Assembly: GCA_964016885.1 (NCBI GenBank)
Contig: OZ024742.1
Coordinates: 22,258,001 to 22,322,000 of the forward strand
From: Eledone cirrhosa
Lineage: Eukaryota
Length of the DNA stretch: 64,000 bases
Reading direction: 5' to 3'
Made by a program: the position numbers and the translations under genes. The notes beneath the pieces were generated by a model. That model made no database searches. It had not been told where the DNA came from and saw only the letters and a program-made list of their open reading frames with translations. Shown one piece after another: positions 11,382 to 23,504 of this stretch; the first letter of the stretch is position 1; each line of letters begins with the position of its first letter.

Positions 11382-11484
11382 ACAACACAGTCGGTACAGT
11401 ATATATATATATATATTTGTATATATATATATTTAATATATATTTAATATATTTATATTTAATATATTTATATATATATATATT

Positions 11485-11517
<33 letters not shown>

Positions 11518-11635
11518 ATTTATAAGACAATGTCACTGGAATGAGATCTTTGCCGCTACACAGTCATACAGAAGACCCGCCTTGCCTAAGTACAAAGTGA
11601 AACCTACAGTCAGTAGGCACCTCTAACAAAATATG

Positions 11636-11910
11636 ATGATTGTTCATATATTGTCAAAGTTCTTTCGTCACACATTCTGTGACCTCTTCAGTGACCGGGG
11701 ATTCTTTTCTTTGTTTTTGTGCCTCTCCTTTGTTCTGTCCTACGCCATCTTGTTTTTGTGTGTGTTGTGTGCTAAGTTTGCGCATGTATTACATCCGGGT
11801 GTCTGTGTGTGTTTATATTTGGCAATATGACCCTCCCAAAGTATAACAATATCGGTTTCAACACACGTTTTCAGATAAAGAATCTTGCTAAACAAATTCA
11901 GAAACGAAAT
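11636..11910. mobile_element. Penelope-like terminal remnant (module B then module A) between (TA)n tracts
   Basis: Same modules as 1620-1935 in a different relative orientation; a third diverged module A lies at ~16020-16100. Confidence 0.55.
11653..11695 (-). ncRNA. Minimal type-I hammerhead-ribozyme motif
   Basis: Minus strand: GUCA-CUGAAGA-G-GUCAC-AGAAUGU-GUGAC-GAAA-GAAC-U-U-UGAC; perfect 4-bp stem I and 5-bp stem II. Confidence 0.68.
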
Positions 11911-11933
11911 ATTTATATAAAAATATATATATA

Positions 11934-11990
<57 letters not shown>

Positions 11991-12032
11991 TGATTGTGTT
12001 GTTATTTCTGTTTTTCTTTTACATACACACCC

Positions 12033-12168
<136 letters not shown>

Positions 12169-12849
12169 GTGTGTGTGTGTATATAGATGAATGAAAATAT
12201 TAGAGTATATTTGTTAGCATGTATGGCATATATATATATATATACACATATATATATGTTTATATCTATGTATATAACTCTTAGTATGCATATGTATACA
12301 CATGAGTGTAAGTCTGAGAAACTTAGTATATGGATACAACATAAGAAAACCTAAGATTGTATGACTGAGTAAATATAGCTGAAAAAGAAAACAACAACAA
12401 CAACAACAAGAAAAAGGAGACAGAGAAGAAGAAGAAAGAGAACAAAAAGGAGTCAGAGAAATAGAGGAGAAAACAGGAAGGAGAAGAAAAAGGAGAGAAG
12501 AAGGAAAAGAAGAAGAAGAATGAAAAGAAGAAGCAAATTAGGAAAAATATCAAAATAAAGTTTCTAGAAAAATCTACAGTCTTTGTCAAATTTAATTGAC
12601 TTATTTCCACCTGAATCTTCAATGTTATATATTTTTTCTGGCTTTATATCTGAGATTTTATATTGCTGCTCAATATCTGTTTACTGTTTCATTCAACAAT
12701 CTTCTACTTGTGTGAGAATTACAAGGATATATGAAAATTAGATTAAATTCTAAGAAAAATAACACATTTCAGATTTACAGAGTTTTGAACAGAAGAAGAG
12801 ACAAAGAAAGAAACTTAAAAATATAAGAACAGTATTTTTCAATTGTGAG

Positions 12850-12932
12850 AGATGAAGAGAAAGAGAGAGTGAGGGAGAAATAGTGAGGGAGAGTATGAGA
12901 GAGAGAGAAAGTGAGAGAGAGAGTGAGGTTGA

Positions 12933-13017
<85 letters not shown>

Positions 13018-13215
13018 TAATATGACAGGCATTAGATTAAAAATGTTGCTTTTTAGTTTGTTTATATGTGTCTGTATGAGTGCATGTGTGTATGTGCGTA
13101 TGAGTATGTGTGTGAATGTGTGTATGAGTGCATGTGTGTATGTGTGTATGAGTGTATGTGTGTGAATATGTGTATGAGTGCATGTGTGTATGAGTGTATG
13201 TGATTGTATGTGTCT
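12850..13215. repeat. (GA)n followed by degenerate (TG)n microsatellite
   Basis: Directly visible. Confidence 0.9.
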
Positions 13216-13445
13216 GAATGTTTACTTTAATAGAGGATCATTGCAGATATACACAATAATGAGATATAGAAACATCATATACTTATATACATGTAAATAT
13301 ATATGTATATATACATGCATGTATGTATGTGTGTATTCATGCATATGTTCTGATTATTGTATATGTATATATATATACACATGTATACATATTTATTGTA
13401 AAGATTTTCCGAATAATAGATTAAGGAAAAAAGCACTTTGTAATG

Positions 13446-13509
<64 letters not shown>

Positions 13510-13834
13510 TATTATATATATATAATATTATATTATATATATATTATATTATATATATATATATATCCTAAGATTACCATTGTCAATGTGGAAGTAGGCC
13601 TGAGAGTCTACTCTCTACTAAAATACTTGAAACAGTTTGAATCCCTTATGGCCTCTAACAAACAAAACTGAGCTGTTAGCTTTCCTATGGCAGAGATGTT
13701 TGGAACTGACCAGAATGGGTACAGGCGAGTTACTGACATCTTAAAGCAGTTGCTCTGGGTAGATAGAACTCTTTTGCCTTGGGTAGCAGTCTATCTAGGA
13801 GAAATGGGCTAACTGGGGCACCTTAATTATAATT

Positions 13835-14017
13835 ATTGTTTCTACTTTTGGCACAAGGCCAGCAATTACCCAGTGCATTACTGGTACTTTATTTTATCGA
13901 CCCCATAAGGATGAAAGGCAAAGTTAACCTCGACAGGATTTAAACTCAGACCGTAAAGGGACGTAACTATGCTGGAAAGCATGGCGTCCTACCCTCTACC
14001 GATACTGCCAATTCACC
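13835..14017 (-). mobile_element. Meta-domain tRNA SINE
   Basis: Reverse complement of 14940-15130; contains the gcctttcatccttatggggtcgataaaataaagtaccag Meta-like domain. Confidence 0.85.
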
Positions 14018-14641
14018 TTAATCATAATTATGACAATCTATTGGAACAGGGGAAGTCAGAAATTCCCGTGGCTGGTGTAAGTTCACTGAGAGTGACAGAC
14101 CCGAAGCTGTTGTTACAGCAGTTTTCTAAGAGACAGAAAATCTGAAGTGAAACCTATGGTTTATAAGATTACTTCTCATCTTTTGTAAGCTTGTAATCAG
14201 AAAGTTTGGACCTGGTGTATAAGTATATGTTTCATTGTCAGGCTCTGGCCAAAGAACTTTTGTTATCAATGGGGTTATTGACACCTGCCAAATCAATTAG
14301 TGGTGAGGGTGGTGGAATTTGCAACAATAGCCACTACATATATATATTAACTTCTCTCTCACTCCCATTGGTTACTACAACTTACATGTACTACTGTCTG
14401 GCTTTCCCCCTCACTATCAGTATGTTTTTCTTTTGTTTCTTTTCTTTTTCTGTCATTCTCTTTGCTATCATCTCTGCTTTCTCGTTTTCTTCCCTAATAA
14501 CTATTCCTCGTAGCTATTAATACACTGTGGTGTATTAATAGATGTACTGTCTTTAATGTGTCGAAACATCAACGACCCACAGCAGACAGCCAAAGAGCGG
14601 GAATTGTCCTTATGTTTGTGTTTCTATTATGTTTTCTAAAC

Positions 14642-14673
<32 letters not shown>

Positions 14674-14939
14674 ACTATGATACGTTTCAGCCAGTATTCA
14701 TTGAAACCTAGAGAGTGGCAGTGTTGTTGCACAATCATTTGTTATACCAACATTGCTGAAACATTTTGTTAAAGGTTGTGATTTTACAATAAAAAGGTAG
14801 ATAGACATCTAAACCTTGTCATGACTATTACAGTTGATGTTGTGTTCTCCAGTGGTATTATTATAGCCAACAGCATTTTTCATTATAATCCATGATGTAC
14901 AGATGTCTCTTTTGTATCTTCTCATGTGTCATTATATTA

Positions 14940-15520
14940 GGGTGGTGGATTGGCAGTATCGGTAGAGGGGCGGATGCCATGCTTTGCAGCAAAGAGTTAC
15001 GGCCTTTTATGGTCTGAATTCAAATCCCACCGAGGTTAACTTTGCCTTTCATCCTTACGGGGTCGATAAAATAAAGTACCAGTAATACACTGGGATACTT
15101 GCTGGCCTTGTGCCAAAAGTAGAAACAATTATATCTCTATGGCAGTAACAGTAGAGGGTCGGACGCCATGCTTTGATGCATAGAGTTACGGCCTTTGCCA
15201 TTCTGAGTTCAAATCCCGCCAAGGTTAACTTTATCTTTCATCCTTACGGGGTCGATAAAATAAAGTACCAGTAATGCACTGGATAATTGCTGGCCTTGTG
15301 CCAAAAATAAAAACAATTATATCTCTAGAGTGGATTGGCAGTATCGGTAGAACATCAGACACTATAGTTCATGGCATAGATTTCTTTATCTTCTGAGTTC
15401 AAATTCTACTGAAATTAGCTTTGCCTTTCATCCTTACGGAGGTTGATAAAATAAAGTGGGTTGATTTAATTGACAACCCTCCCCCAAATTTGTTGGCCTT
15501 GTGCCTAAATCAGAAACCAT
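14940..15520 (+). mobile_element. Three head-to-tail Meta-domain SINE copies (~190 bp each)
   Basis: ggcagta...gagttcaaat...ctttcatccttacgg..g.tcgataaaataaagt...ggccttgtgcc occurs three times, starting near 14940, 15140 and 15330, joined by attatatctcta. Confidence 0.88.
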
Positions 15521-16449
15521 TACATCTCTACAGGCTATGCAGGCCAGGATTCAGAATTCTTGGTGTCATATTGACCTTTGGCCTATTGCTACAGCTATTG
15601 GAGTACCACATTAATTTGCACCAGTGAAATACTACCACACCTGTAGTTTCATCACCTCGGGAAATTCAGTATAGGTGGAGGCAGTCATGTTTCCCCAGTC
15701 ACCTGTGCTGATGTGTCCTGTGTTGGAGTGGTGTCAATGCCTGGTAATGGGGTCTTGATGGATTGAAAAGTTACCTCTATGCCCGTGTGAGGGTGTAGAC
15801 ATGCAGGAGTGATTGAGATGATATTGGGATGCCTAACATTTTACAAGGTAAAGCAACCATCATATGTATATACACACATATATATCTACAACAGGTATTC
15901 AAACTAGATATAGGATAAACTCATACGGGTGGTCTAGTTTATAAAAAATGATTCTTACATTATATAAAAAAATATACTGAATCGAAAACCAACCCAAATC
16001 AAACAGTTTGTTTTACTTTTCTGGCAATATTATAACAACGTGACCCTCCCCAAATATAACAATATTTGTTTCAACACACGATTTCATATCAAAAACCTTA
16101 CAAAATAAATACATTGCAGATTCTTACATTGCATTTGCTAGTATTATCAGGCAGATCAGAGGCATATCAATGGGCAGGAAATGTGGTTTGTCTTTGGCAG
16201 ATTTATATTTACCCTTCTGTGAATTATACATATTTATACCTATCAATACTATATAACTGTAGAGGGACTCCAGTCCTCATATAGCTAAAGTGACTGTATT
16301 ATGGCAGGACACACTTGAAAAAACATTATAATCCGTCCTATAAGTAGCACTGGCTGAATAACATAGCACAATTAGGTCTAGCCATCAGTACACCATTATC
16401 AGATATATTACAAAAGGAATAAGCTCACTATATTTAGTCAAAACAATAT

Positions 16450-16672
16450 TTAATTCTTTAGCATTTAAACCGGCCATATCAGGCCAGAATTCTCTCACTT
16501 CTTTCTGTTTAAACCAATCGTAACTGGTCACTCATACCAACGTTAAGGTATTGTTTTCAAAATAAATAATATCAAAATCTCATAGATTTGACATTATGTG
16601 AAATAAGGTGTTTTCTGTGAAAATCCAATAGTAAATATAGAGTAATGTAAATTGTAAATGCTAAAGGGTTAA
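16450..16672. mobile_element. piggyBac-like non-autonomous element (MITE)
   Basis: TTAA-ttCTTTAGCATTTA ... TAAATGCTAAAGGG-TTAA: terminal inverted repeats bounded by TTAA. Confidence 0.7.
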
Positions 16673-16728
16673 GAGGTATTAATCACTTGTATACAAACAA
16701 ATACCAATGAAGTACTATCAACTAGAAG

Positions 16729-16925
16729 TCATCATCATCATCATCATCTTCGTTTAACGTCCATTTTCCACACTAGCATGGGTTAGACGGGAGTTGTCCC
16801 ACTTGAGGCAAGGCTGGTCGGGTGACCGTGTCTCGCTCATATAGGACTATCTGGCAGGTTTTCTACGGCTGGATGCCCTTCCTAACACCAACCACATTTA
16901 CAGTGTGGAACTGGGAACTTTTTAC
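16729..16925 (-). mobile_element. RTE 3' UTR/tail fragment
   Basis: (cat)n-cgtttaacgtcc...ctagcatgggttagacggg...ggctggatgcccttcctaacaccaacc, the reverse of 9630-9810. Confidence 0.8.
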
Positions 16926-17217
16926 CATGTTACCTACACAGTAAGAATTAGAATTTAACGCAGATTAAGACCCCCCCCCCCCCCAAAAAAAAAAACACAC
17001 AAAAAAAATACACATTTAATATGAATGTTAAAATTTCTGCAGTAGTTTCTCCATAGCAGGAACTATCTTTAATAAACTATTTTAAATGGAGTTAAAAACT
17101 ATATCAGAGCTTTAATAGAAATAACCTCAAGATTAGTCATAGCTGTCTCCAGCCTCTTCAAAATTATATTATGAGAAAATATCATGAACAGCATCTAAAG
17201 AGACATTATCCTCTGTG

Positions 17218-17420
17218 GTGGTGCATGGCCTAGTGGTAAGGGTGTTGGACTTCATAACAACATGGGTTCAATTCCTTGTCTGGGTTGTGTGTTGTGTTCT
17301 TGAGCAAAACACTTCATTTCATGTTGCTCCAGTATACTCAGCTTAAAATGAGTACCAGCAGCAATAGTTGGGAGTTTAACCCTGGGATGGACTGGCATCC
17401 TGTCCTGCAGCTTCATATTA
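17218..17420 (+). mobile_element. Diverged tRNA/CORE-like SINE with a different 3' part
   Basis: catggcctagtggtaaggg...gggttcaattcc head, ttgagcaaaacacttcatttcatgttgctccag centre and gatggactggcatcctgtcc. Confidence 0.72.
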
Positions 17421-17584
17421 AACTAGCTTCTGGCTGGTCTTATTGTATTCACTGCACCACGTGAAGAATACATGAATGTTCATGGAATAAATATATATTT
17501 CTATAGAAATATGATAACCAAAGGCCACATATATATTAAACACAGACATACATACAGTCACACTCAGACACACATATAAAAACA

Positions 17585-17623
<39 letters not shown>

Positions 17624-17792
17624 GTGCATGCATATATATACATATACACACACACATATATATATACATATATACACATACACATGTATGTATATATCTA
17701 TATGTATGTGTGTATCTATATATGTATGTGTGTATGTATCTATATATATATGTATGTAAGTATCTATATATGTTTGTATGTATCTCTCTCTT

Positions 17793-17825
<33 letters not shown>

Positions 17826-18502
17826 CATCATCGTTTAACGTCTATCTTCTACTCTAGCATATATATATATATATATATATGTGCGTTCATAGCTGTATTT
17901 AAATTGAATGTTATGTAAAACTTTATTAATATGAATTCAATATAAAATATGTTTTGATTTATATTTGATCAATAAAAGAATTGAAGCAGTAAATGGTTTT
18001 TCATAATAGGGAAGATAAGCTACATGGCTGAAACAACATTTTATAAGTAATAATCTCATTTGTAGTGTGACCTCATACGAAATTTGATCTTTAATTTTCA
18101 TATAAATAATTTTGTGAGAATTACACATACACATATAGTAATTAGCTACAAAAGAACCTCGCCAGTATTAGAATCACTTTGAAGATCTGCTGAACATGGT
18201 GAAGAGGAGAATGTTGAGGTGGTTAGGGAATGGGACAAGATAGGATGGACTCTCTAAGTACATTCAGATCAACTGATGGGAATGATGGTGGCAACAAGAT
18301 GTAATAAACTACTGTCTCCTTTTGTCACTCTCTCCATCTCTCACTATTACAAGTAAATCCTTCACAGGAATACTTTCTCTATTCTGTCCACCAGCTCATA
18401 ATAGTGAGAGATGGAGAGAGAGCAGGAGGGATGGAGGCAGTGACGGTGAGAGTTTGGTTCCTTTGTTTTCGCATCTCATGTAATATAGATATATGTTTCA
18501 CA

Positions 18503-18842
18503 GACACATGGCTTAGTGGTTAGAGCATTGGCCTTGTAATCGAAAGGTTGTGAGTTCAATTCTCAGACCGGGTGATGTGTTGTTTCCTTGAGCAAGACAC
18601 TTTATTTCACATTGCTCCAGTTTACTCAGCTGTAGAAATGAGATGATAGGGACTGGGGTCCTTATCATTCCACTGCAAAGTGGTCGTGGAGGTGCCACGG
18701 CAAAAAAGCACCCAGCACTCACTGTAAATGAGGTTTGTGTTAGGAAGGGCATCCAGCTGTAGAAATCAAGCCAGGGTCAGTTTCCGTCCCACCCTTGCAA
18801 GCAGGGAAAAGCGGACGTAAAATGAAATGATGATGATGATGA
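18503..18842 (+). mobile_element. Full-length tRNA-derived SINE with RTE tail
   Basis: Near-identical to 10929-11265. Confidence 0.88.
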
Positions 18843-18965
18843 GACACACTCACACTGGGTCAGCAAAGATATGCAACAATTTGTGATATCTGAAAGATCA
18901 CTTAAAATATAAGCTTTGGTTATAAAACACAATAGTTACATTCATGAGTAAATGGGGGCCCACGC

Positions 18966-19132
18966 GTCCGGGCAGACAGAATAGGGAAAGCGTTTCCCCA
19001 GAGGATGGTGAGGGAGATGTGTTGGAAGAGCCATTCCAGCTCGCGGGTGTCACACTTGTGGGTAACCAACTCTGTGCTGATGGTGGTGAGTAAGGAGGTG
19101 GTCCTAGGGCCAAGAACACCAGAAGTCTCAAA
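18966..19132 (-). mobile_element. C-terminal fragment of a CRE-like non-LTR retrotransposon (restriction-like endonuclease region)
   Basis: FETSGVLGPRTTSLLTTISTELVTHKCDTRELEWLFQHISLTILWGNA resembles the 'ET.G..G...QRIS.AI.RGNA' C-terminus of CRE-clade elements; recognised from memory. Confidence 0.62.
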
Positions 19133-19273
19133 GGAACAGTGTAGGGGAAGAGAAGACGAGGCAGTCAGAATAAATGGTGGATTGACAACATAGCTGAGTG
19201 CTGGACAAGGAAGTAATTTGTCACAACCTGAGCACTCACTCATGAATGCTAGAGATGTGAGCAGTATCTTTTC

Positions 19274-19533
19274 TTGTGACACCAGCACTACCATTTTATA
19301 AAGTGGACTGGGTGAGTTTTATTGTGACACCAGCACTACCACTTTATAAGGTAGACTGTGAGTTTTATTGTGACACCAGCACTACCACTTTATAAGGTAG
19401 ACTGTGAGTTTTATTGTGACACCAGCACTACCACTTTATAAGGTAGACTGTGAGTTTTATTGTGACACCAGCACTACCACTTTATAAGGTAGACTGAGTT
19501 TTATTGTGACACCAGCACTACTACTTTATAAGT
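19274..19533 (-). repeat. 46-bp minisatellite, ~5.5 copies
   Basis: Unit gtgacaccagcactaccactttataaggtagactgtgagttttatt; its reverse complement resembles the 49-bp unit at 25130-26790. Confidence 0.9.
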
Positions 19534-19984
19534 TGAAGCGAATGTATTTTATCCTGGTATAAACACTAGAGAAATTGTCATGTGACAATCGTGACTGAAG
19601 AGTCTTCACAGACCCTATACATCCTCTCTATTCAATTGCCATACATTATCACCTCTGCTCTGTCACTACATTTACATGTAGTGCTGTGGTACTTGTATTG
19701 GTGGACAGAAATTTTGTATCATATTGAATTCTACTAAATCCCTAGAAGCATTAACAGAACACTTTGTTGTTTTTTGTTTGTGCAATTTTTGTAGTGAGAT
19801 TTTGTTTATTTTATGTCTGTTATTTTACTAAACTTTGTTTCTTACATAGAATATCTTTTCTTGGAGAAGTTGAAGAATGCTAAGATAACTTTCTGGCCTC
19901 ATTGAGAAAGAACTCGGCTACAATCGATTCCCACCAAAGTCTTTTTAGTCTTCTTTCACCATTTCAATCATATCATAATTCTTT

Positions 19985-20585
19985 CATCATCATCATCATC
20001 ATCATCATCTTCTTCTTCTTCTTCTTCTTCTTCTTATTGTTATTATTATTATCATTATTACTATTATTATCGTCAACAACTTCATCATCATCAGCATCTA
20101 TTCTTCTTTTTCCACTTCTCTGTTTATCTTTTTTGCTGTTGTAGTTGTTGTTGATGTCTTCTCTGTTGTTTCTTTTTCTATCTTATTCACCCCTACCATC
20201 ACCAATACCACTCTATATACATATATATTTCCTTTTCATATCTTTTATGTTGTTGCTGTTGTTGTTGTCATTGTTGTAGCTGTTGCTGTTGTTGTTTTCT
20301 CCTATCTTATTCACTGCCCTATATACATATATATTTCCTTTTCATATCTTTTATTTTGTTGTAGTTGCTGTTGTCATCATTGTTGTTGTTGTCATAGTTG
20401 TAGTTGTTCTTGTTGTTGCTGTTGTCGTTGTTGCCAGTGTAGCTGTTGTTGTTGTCATTGGTGTTGCTGTTGCTGCTGTCATTTTCGTTGTTGTTGTTGG
20501 TGTTGCTGCTATTGTTGGTGTTGCTGTTGTTGTTGCTATTGTTGTTGTTGTTGTTGTCATTGTTGTTGCTGTTGTTGTTGCTGAT
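19985..20585. repeat. Compound (CAT)(CTT)(TAT)(GTT/GCT) trinucleotide tracts with a short local duplication
   Basis: Directly visible; ctatcttattcac...ctatatacatatatatttccttttcatatctttta occurs twice (~20177 and ~20302). Confidence 0.85.
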
Positions 20586-20984
20586 TTTTACAATAGGTCT
20601 CCATAGTTGTATATGTATGCTAAAGGCTATCTGTCTCTTCAAATTCAATCTTTACAGACTTTTTCAAGAGAAAAGTCTTTCTATACAGTGTGTCATTGTA
20701 TACAGAATTCCAGGCAAAATACCTAAAATGCTAACCAACCATATTCCAAAGACATCAGCTGTCACAGTCCAAAGTTCTTGGTGTAAATCCTGTCAAAAAT
20801 GTCCAGTAAACTGTGCAAATGCTGATATTTGTCTTTTAACCTTTTCTATATTAACCCATCCCTCCCCCCTCAACTGACAAGCCTCCCCTGTTTCTATGAT
20901 ACAAAATTGCTCCTTTTAAATAAAACATCACTAACCCTCAGTATCCAGACAGCCATTGATCTACCATCAACAAAATCTGATAAC

Positions 20985-21450
20985 TTTGACTTTTATCCTC
21001 TTGGGGTCGATAAAAAGTACCAGTCAAGTACTGAGATCACTTAAATGGACCTTTCCCCTCCCCTAAAATTGTTGGCCTTGTACCTTCCACGCCCAACCCA
21101 TGTCAGCATGGAAAGACAGGTGTACCCATCAATGTACTACCAGACATCACTCACTCTTTTTAAGGCCACCCCCACGTCACAACATTTACTCTCCATTTCC
21201 CATTGTGGGATGACTAACTTTGCCTTTCATCCTTACGGTGTCGATAAAATAAAGTACCAGTAATACACTGGAATAATTGATGGCCTTGTGCCAAAAGTAC
21301 AAATCATTATAAGGGTAGTAGATTGTCAGAAATGTTTGAGTATCAAAACAAAAAAATACTTTGTAGTATTTAGTTAAGGCCTTTAACATTCTGTTAAGGT
21401 CAGCTTTGCCTTTTACTCTTCTGGGATCAATAAAATATAGTACCAGTCAA
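20985..21450 (+). mobile_element. Cluster of three partial Meta-domain SINEs
   Basis: ctttg.ctttt..cct...ggg.tcgataaaa...taccagt motif at ~20985, ~21218 and ~21404. Confidence 0.72.
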
Positions 21451-21669
21451 ATCATTATAGAAACCATACCAAATATGGAACTTATGAACAAGGGCAGGCT
21501 GCTTTGATCCATTTATTCTTGGAACATGGCAATTCCTCTAACCCATGTGATTGCAGAAAGTGGGTGTATAATGATAAGGAGAAACAGGAGAGTTCAAATT
21601 CTACTGTGGTCAACTTTGTTTCATATCATTCCCAGGGTTTATTTATGGTCTTATGAAACCACACATATT

Positions 21670-22219
21670 TTAACCCTTTCTTTAACAATATGTTTAATGT
21701 ATGATTTTTCAAATCATTTAGAAAGTAATCAAGAATTTAGAAATATAACAAACTTTCTCAATGTTAAGCTCATGTTTAAAGGTTCTTACATAAAATTATA
21801 ATGGAAAGCTTTTAGATAACTCTTGCAAGCATGGAATAGCAAATGTATGATGATGAGGATAAACACTTCAAAATACACAACTTTGTATTGTAAACCAGGA
21901 TTGATTTCAGGCAATTTGGTATCAAACATGTTAAGTTCATGTTTGGAATGTCACATAAGAAAAGTTCTTACAAAAATTATGATGGAAGATATTTAGATAA
22001 ATGTAAACACTTCAAAATAAACAATTGTGTATTTTTGAATGAGGAACAGTTTCAGGCAGTTTCATATCAAAAGGGTTAAGTTGGTGTTTCAAACAACATA
22101 TAGAAAATGTTCTTACAAGAAATATCATGGAAGGTTTCTAGATAAATATAAACACCTTAGAATAAACAGCTCTGTATTGAGGAATGAGGAGCAGTTGCAG
22201 GCTGTATCAAAAGAGTTAA
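21670..22219. mobile_element. TTAA-bounded MITE-like element with a triplicated right-end segment
   Basis: Starts ttaaccctttc; ttcttaca...atggaa...tagataa...aaacac recurs at ~21783, 21965 and 22110, each unit ending tatcaaa(agg/cat/aga)gttaa. Confidence 0.55.
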
Positions 22220-22429
22220 TGATACCAATCAAGGTATCAGATGAACCATTATTTTAGACAGATGAGGAGGAGTTAGTTTTAAGGTCTGTCAATTGTTATT
22301 TAGCCATGTTTTTCTCTTCTCTCCTTATGTGATCCCATGTATGTTTGTGATGTATGCAACTTTGTTCAGAGTTCTTTCTTGCTCTCTCCCTCTGTGTGTG
22401 TGTGTGTCTGTGTGTTGGGGGCTGTGTGT

Positions 22430-22600
22430 GTGTGTGTGTGTGTGCATGTGTGTATTGGACTCTCTGTGTGTGTTGGGAGTTCTGTGTGTGTGCATGTGTG
22501 TATTGGACTCTCTGTGTGTGTTGGAAGCTCTGTGTGTGTGCATGTGTGTATTGGACTCTCTGTGTGTTGGGAGCTGTGTGTGTATGTATTGGGTTCTGTG
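22430..22600. repeat. 48-bp TG-rich minisatellite (~3.5 copies)
   Basis: ggactctc at 22457, 22505 and 22553. Confidence 0.85.
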
Positions 22601-22960
22601 TGTGTATGTGTATGTATTGCGGCCTCTGAGTGTGTTTTTGTGTGGGAGAATGTGCGTTTCTGTAGGGTTCTCAATGTTATACACTGTGCATATATGTATG
22701 TGTTTATATATTTTCCTGTGTCTGTTTCCCTGTATATACATATATATGCCTATGTATATATATATATATATATATATACGTCTATATATATATATACATA
22801 TATATATGTATGTATATATATATATATATATATATATACGTCTATATATATACATATATATATGTATGTATGTGTGTGTGTATATATATATATATATATA
22901 CGTCTATATATATATATATACATATATATATGTATGTATGTGTGTGTGTATATATATATA

Positions 22961-23001
<41 letters not shown>

Positions 23002-23068
23002 GTGTGTATATATATATATATTTATATATATATAAATACATATATATATATATATGTATGTGTGTGTG

Positions 23069-23100
<32 letters not shown>

Positions 23101-23504
23101 TTAGTTTATAGTAAACATCATTCTTGCAGCAGTAGTAATAACAACAGTAACAGTATTAGAGTGTCTTATCTAAGCATCCAATATTGTGTAGTATCACACA
23201 AGCTAGCAGAACTTCAGTCCTATCATCAATCATTACTGACAACAAATCTAGTCTTCTACTATTCTAAAGAGTCCCTATTAAGATACATCTTACATTTCAT
23301 AGTTTTATTTTACATATATCTTCATATCCATCCTTCATTCTTCTAAGCCAGAGTTATTTATATTTTTCCTACATCCTTAGCTGAGATATTTTTATGAAAT
23401 GGACAGTTTCATCAATCAATAACCCACATCCTGTGTGTTGTAAATGACTTCCTCTATTACACTGTGTGGTCAGTTGATATTAACAGTGATGGTCGCAGTG
23501 ACTT

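Noticed and set aside
13570-13810. Possible LINE 5' UTR-like fragment (gggtagcagtctatctaggagaa)
   Set aside because: Only a vague resemblance, with no second copy in the window to support it
19595-19620. CTGAAGA followed by a small stem (gtct-tcac-agac)
   Set aside because: No GAAA box follows, so it is not a hammerhead
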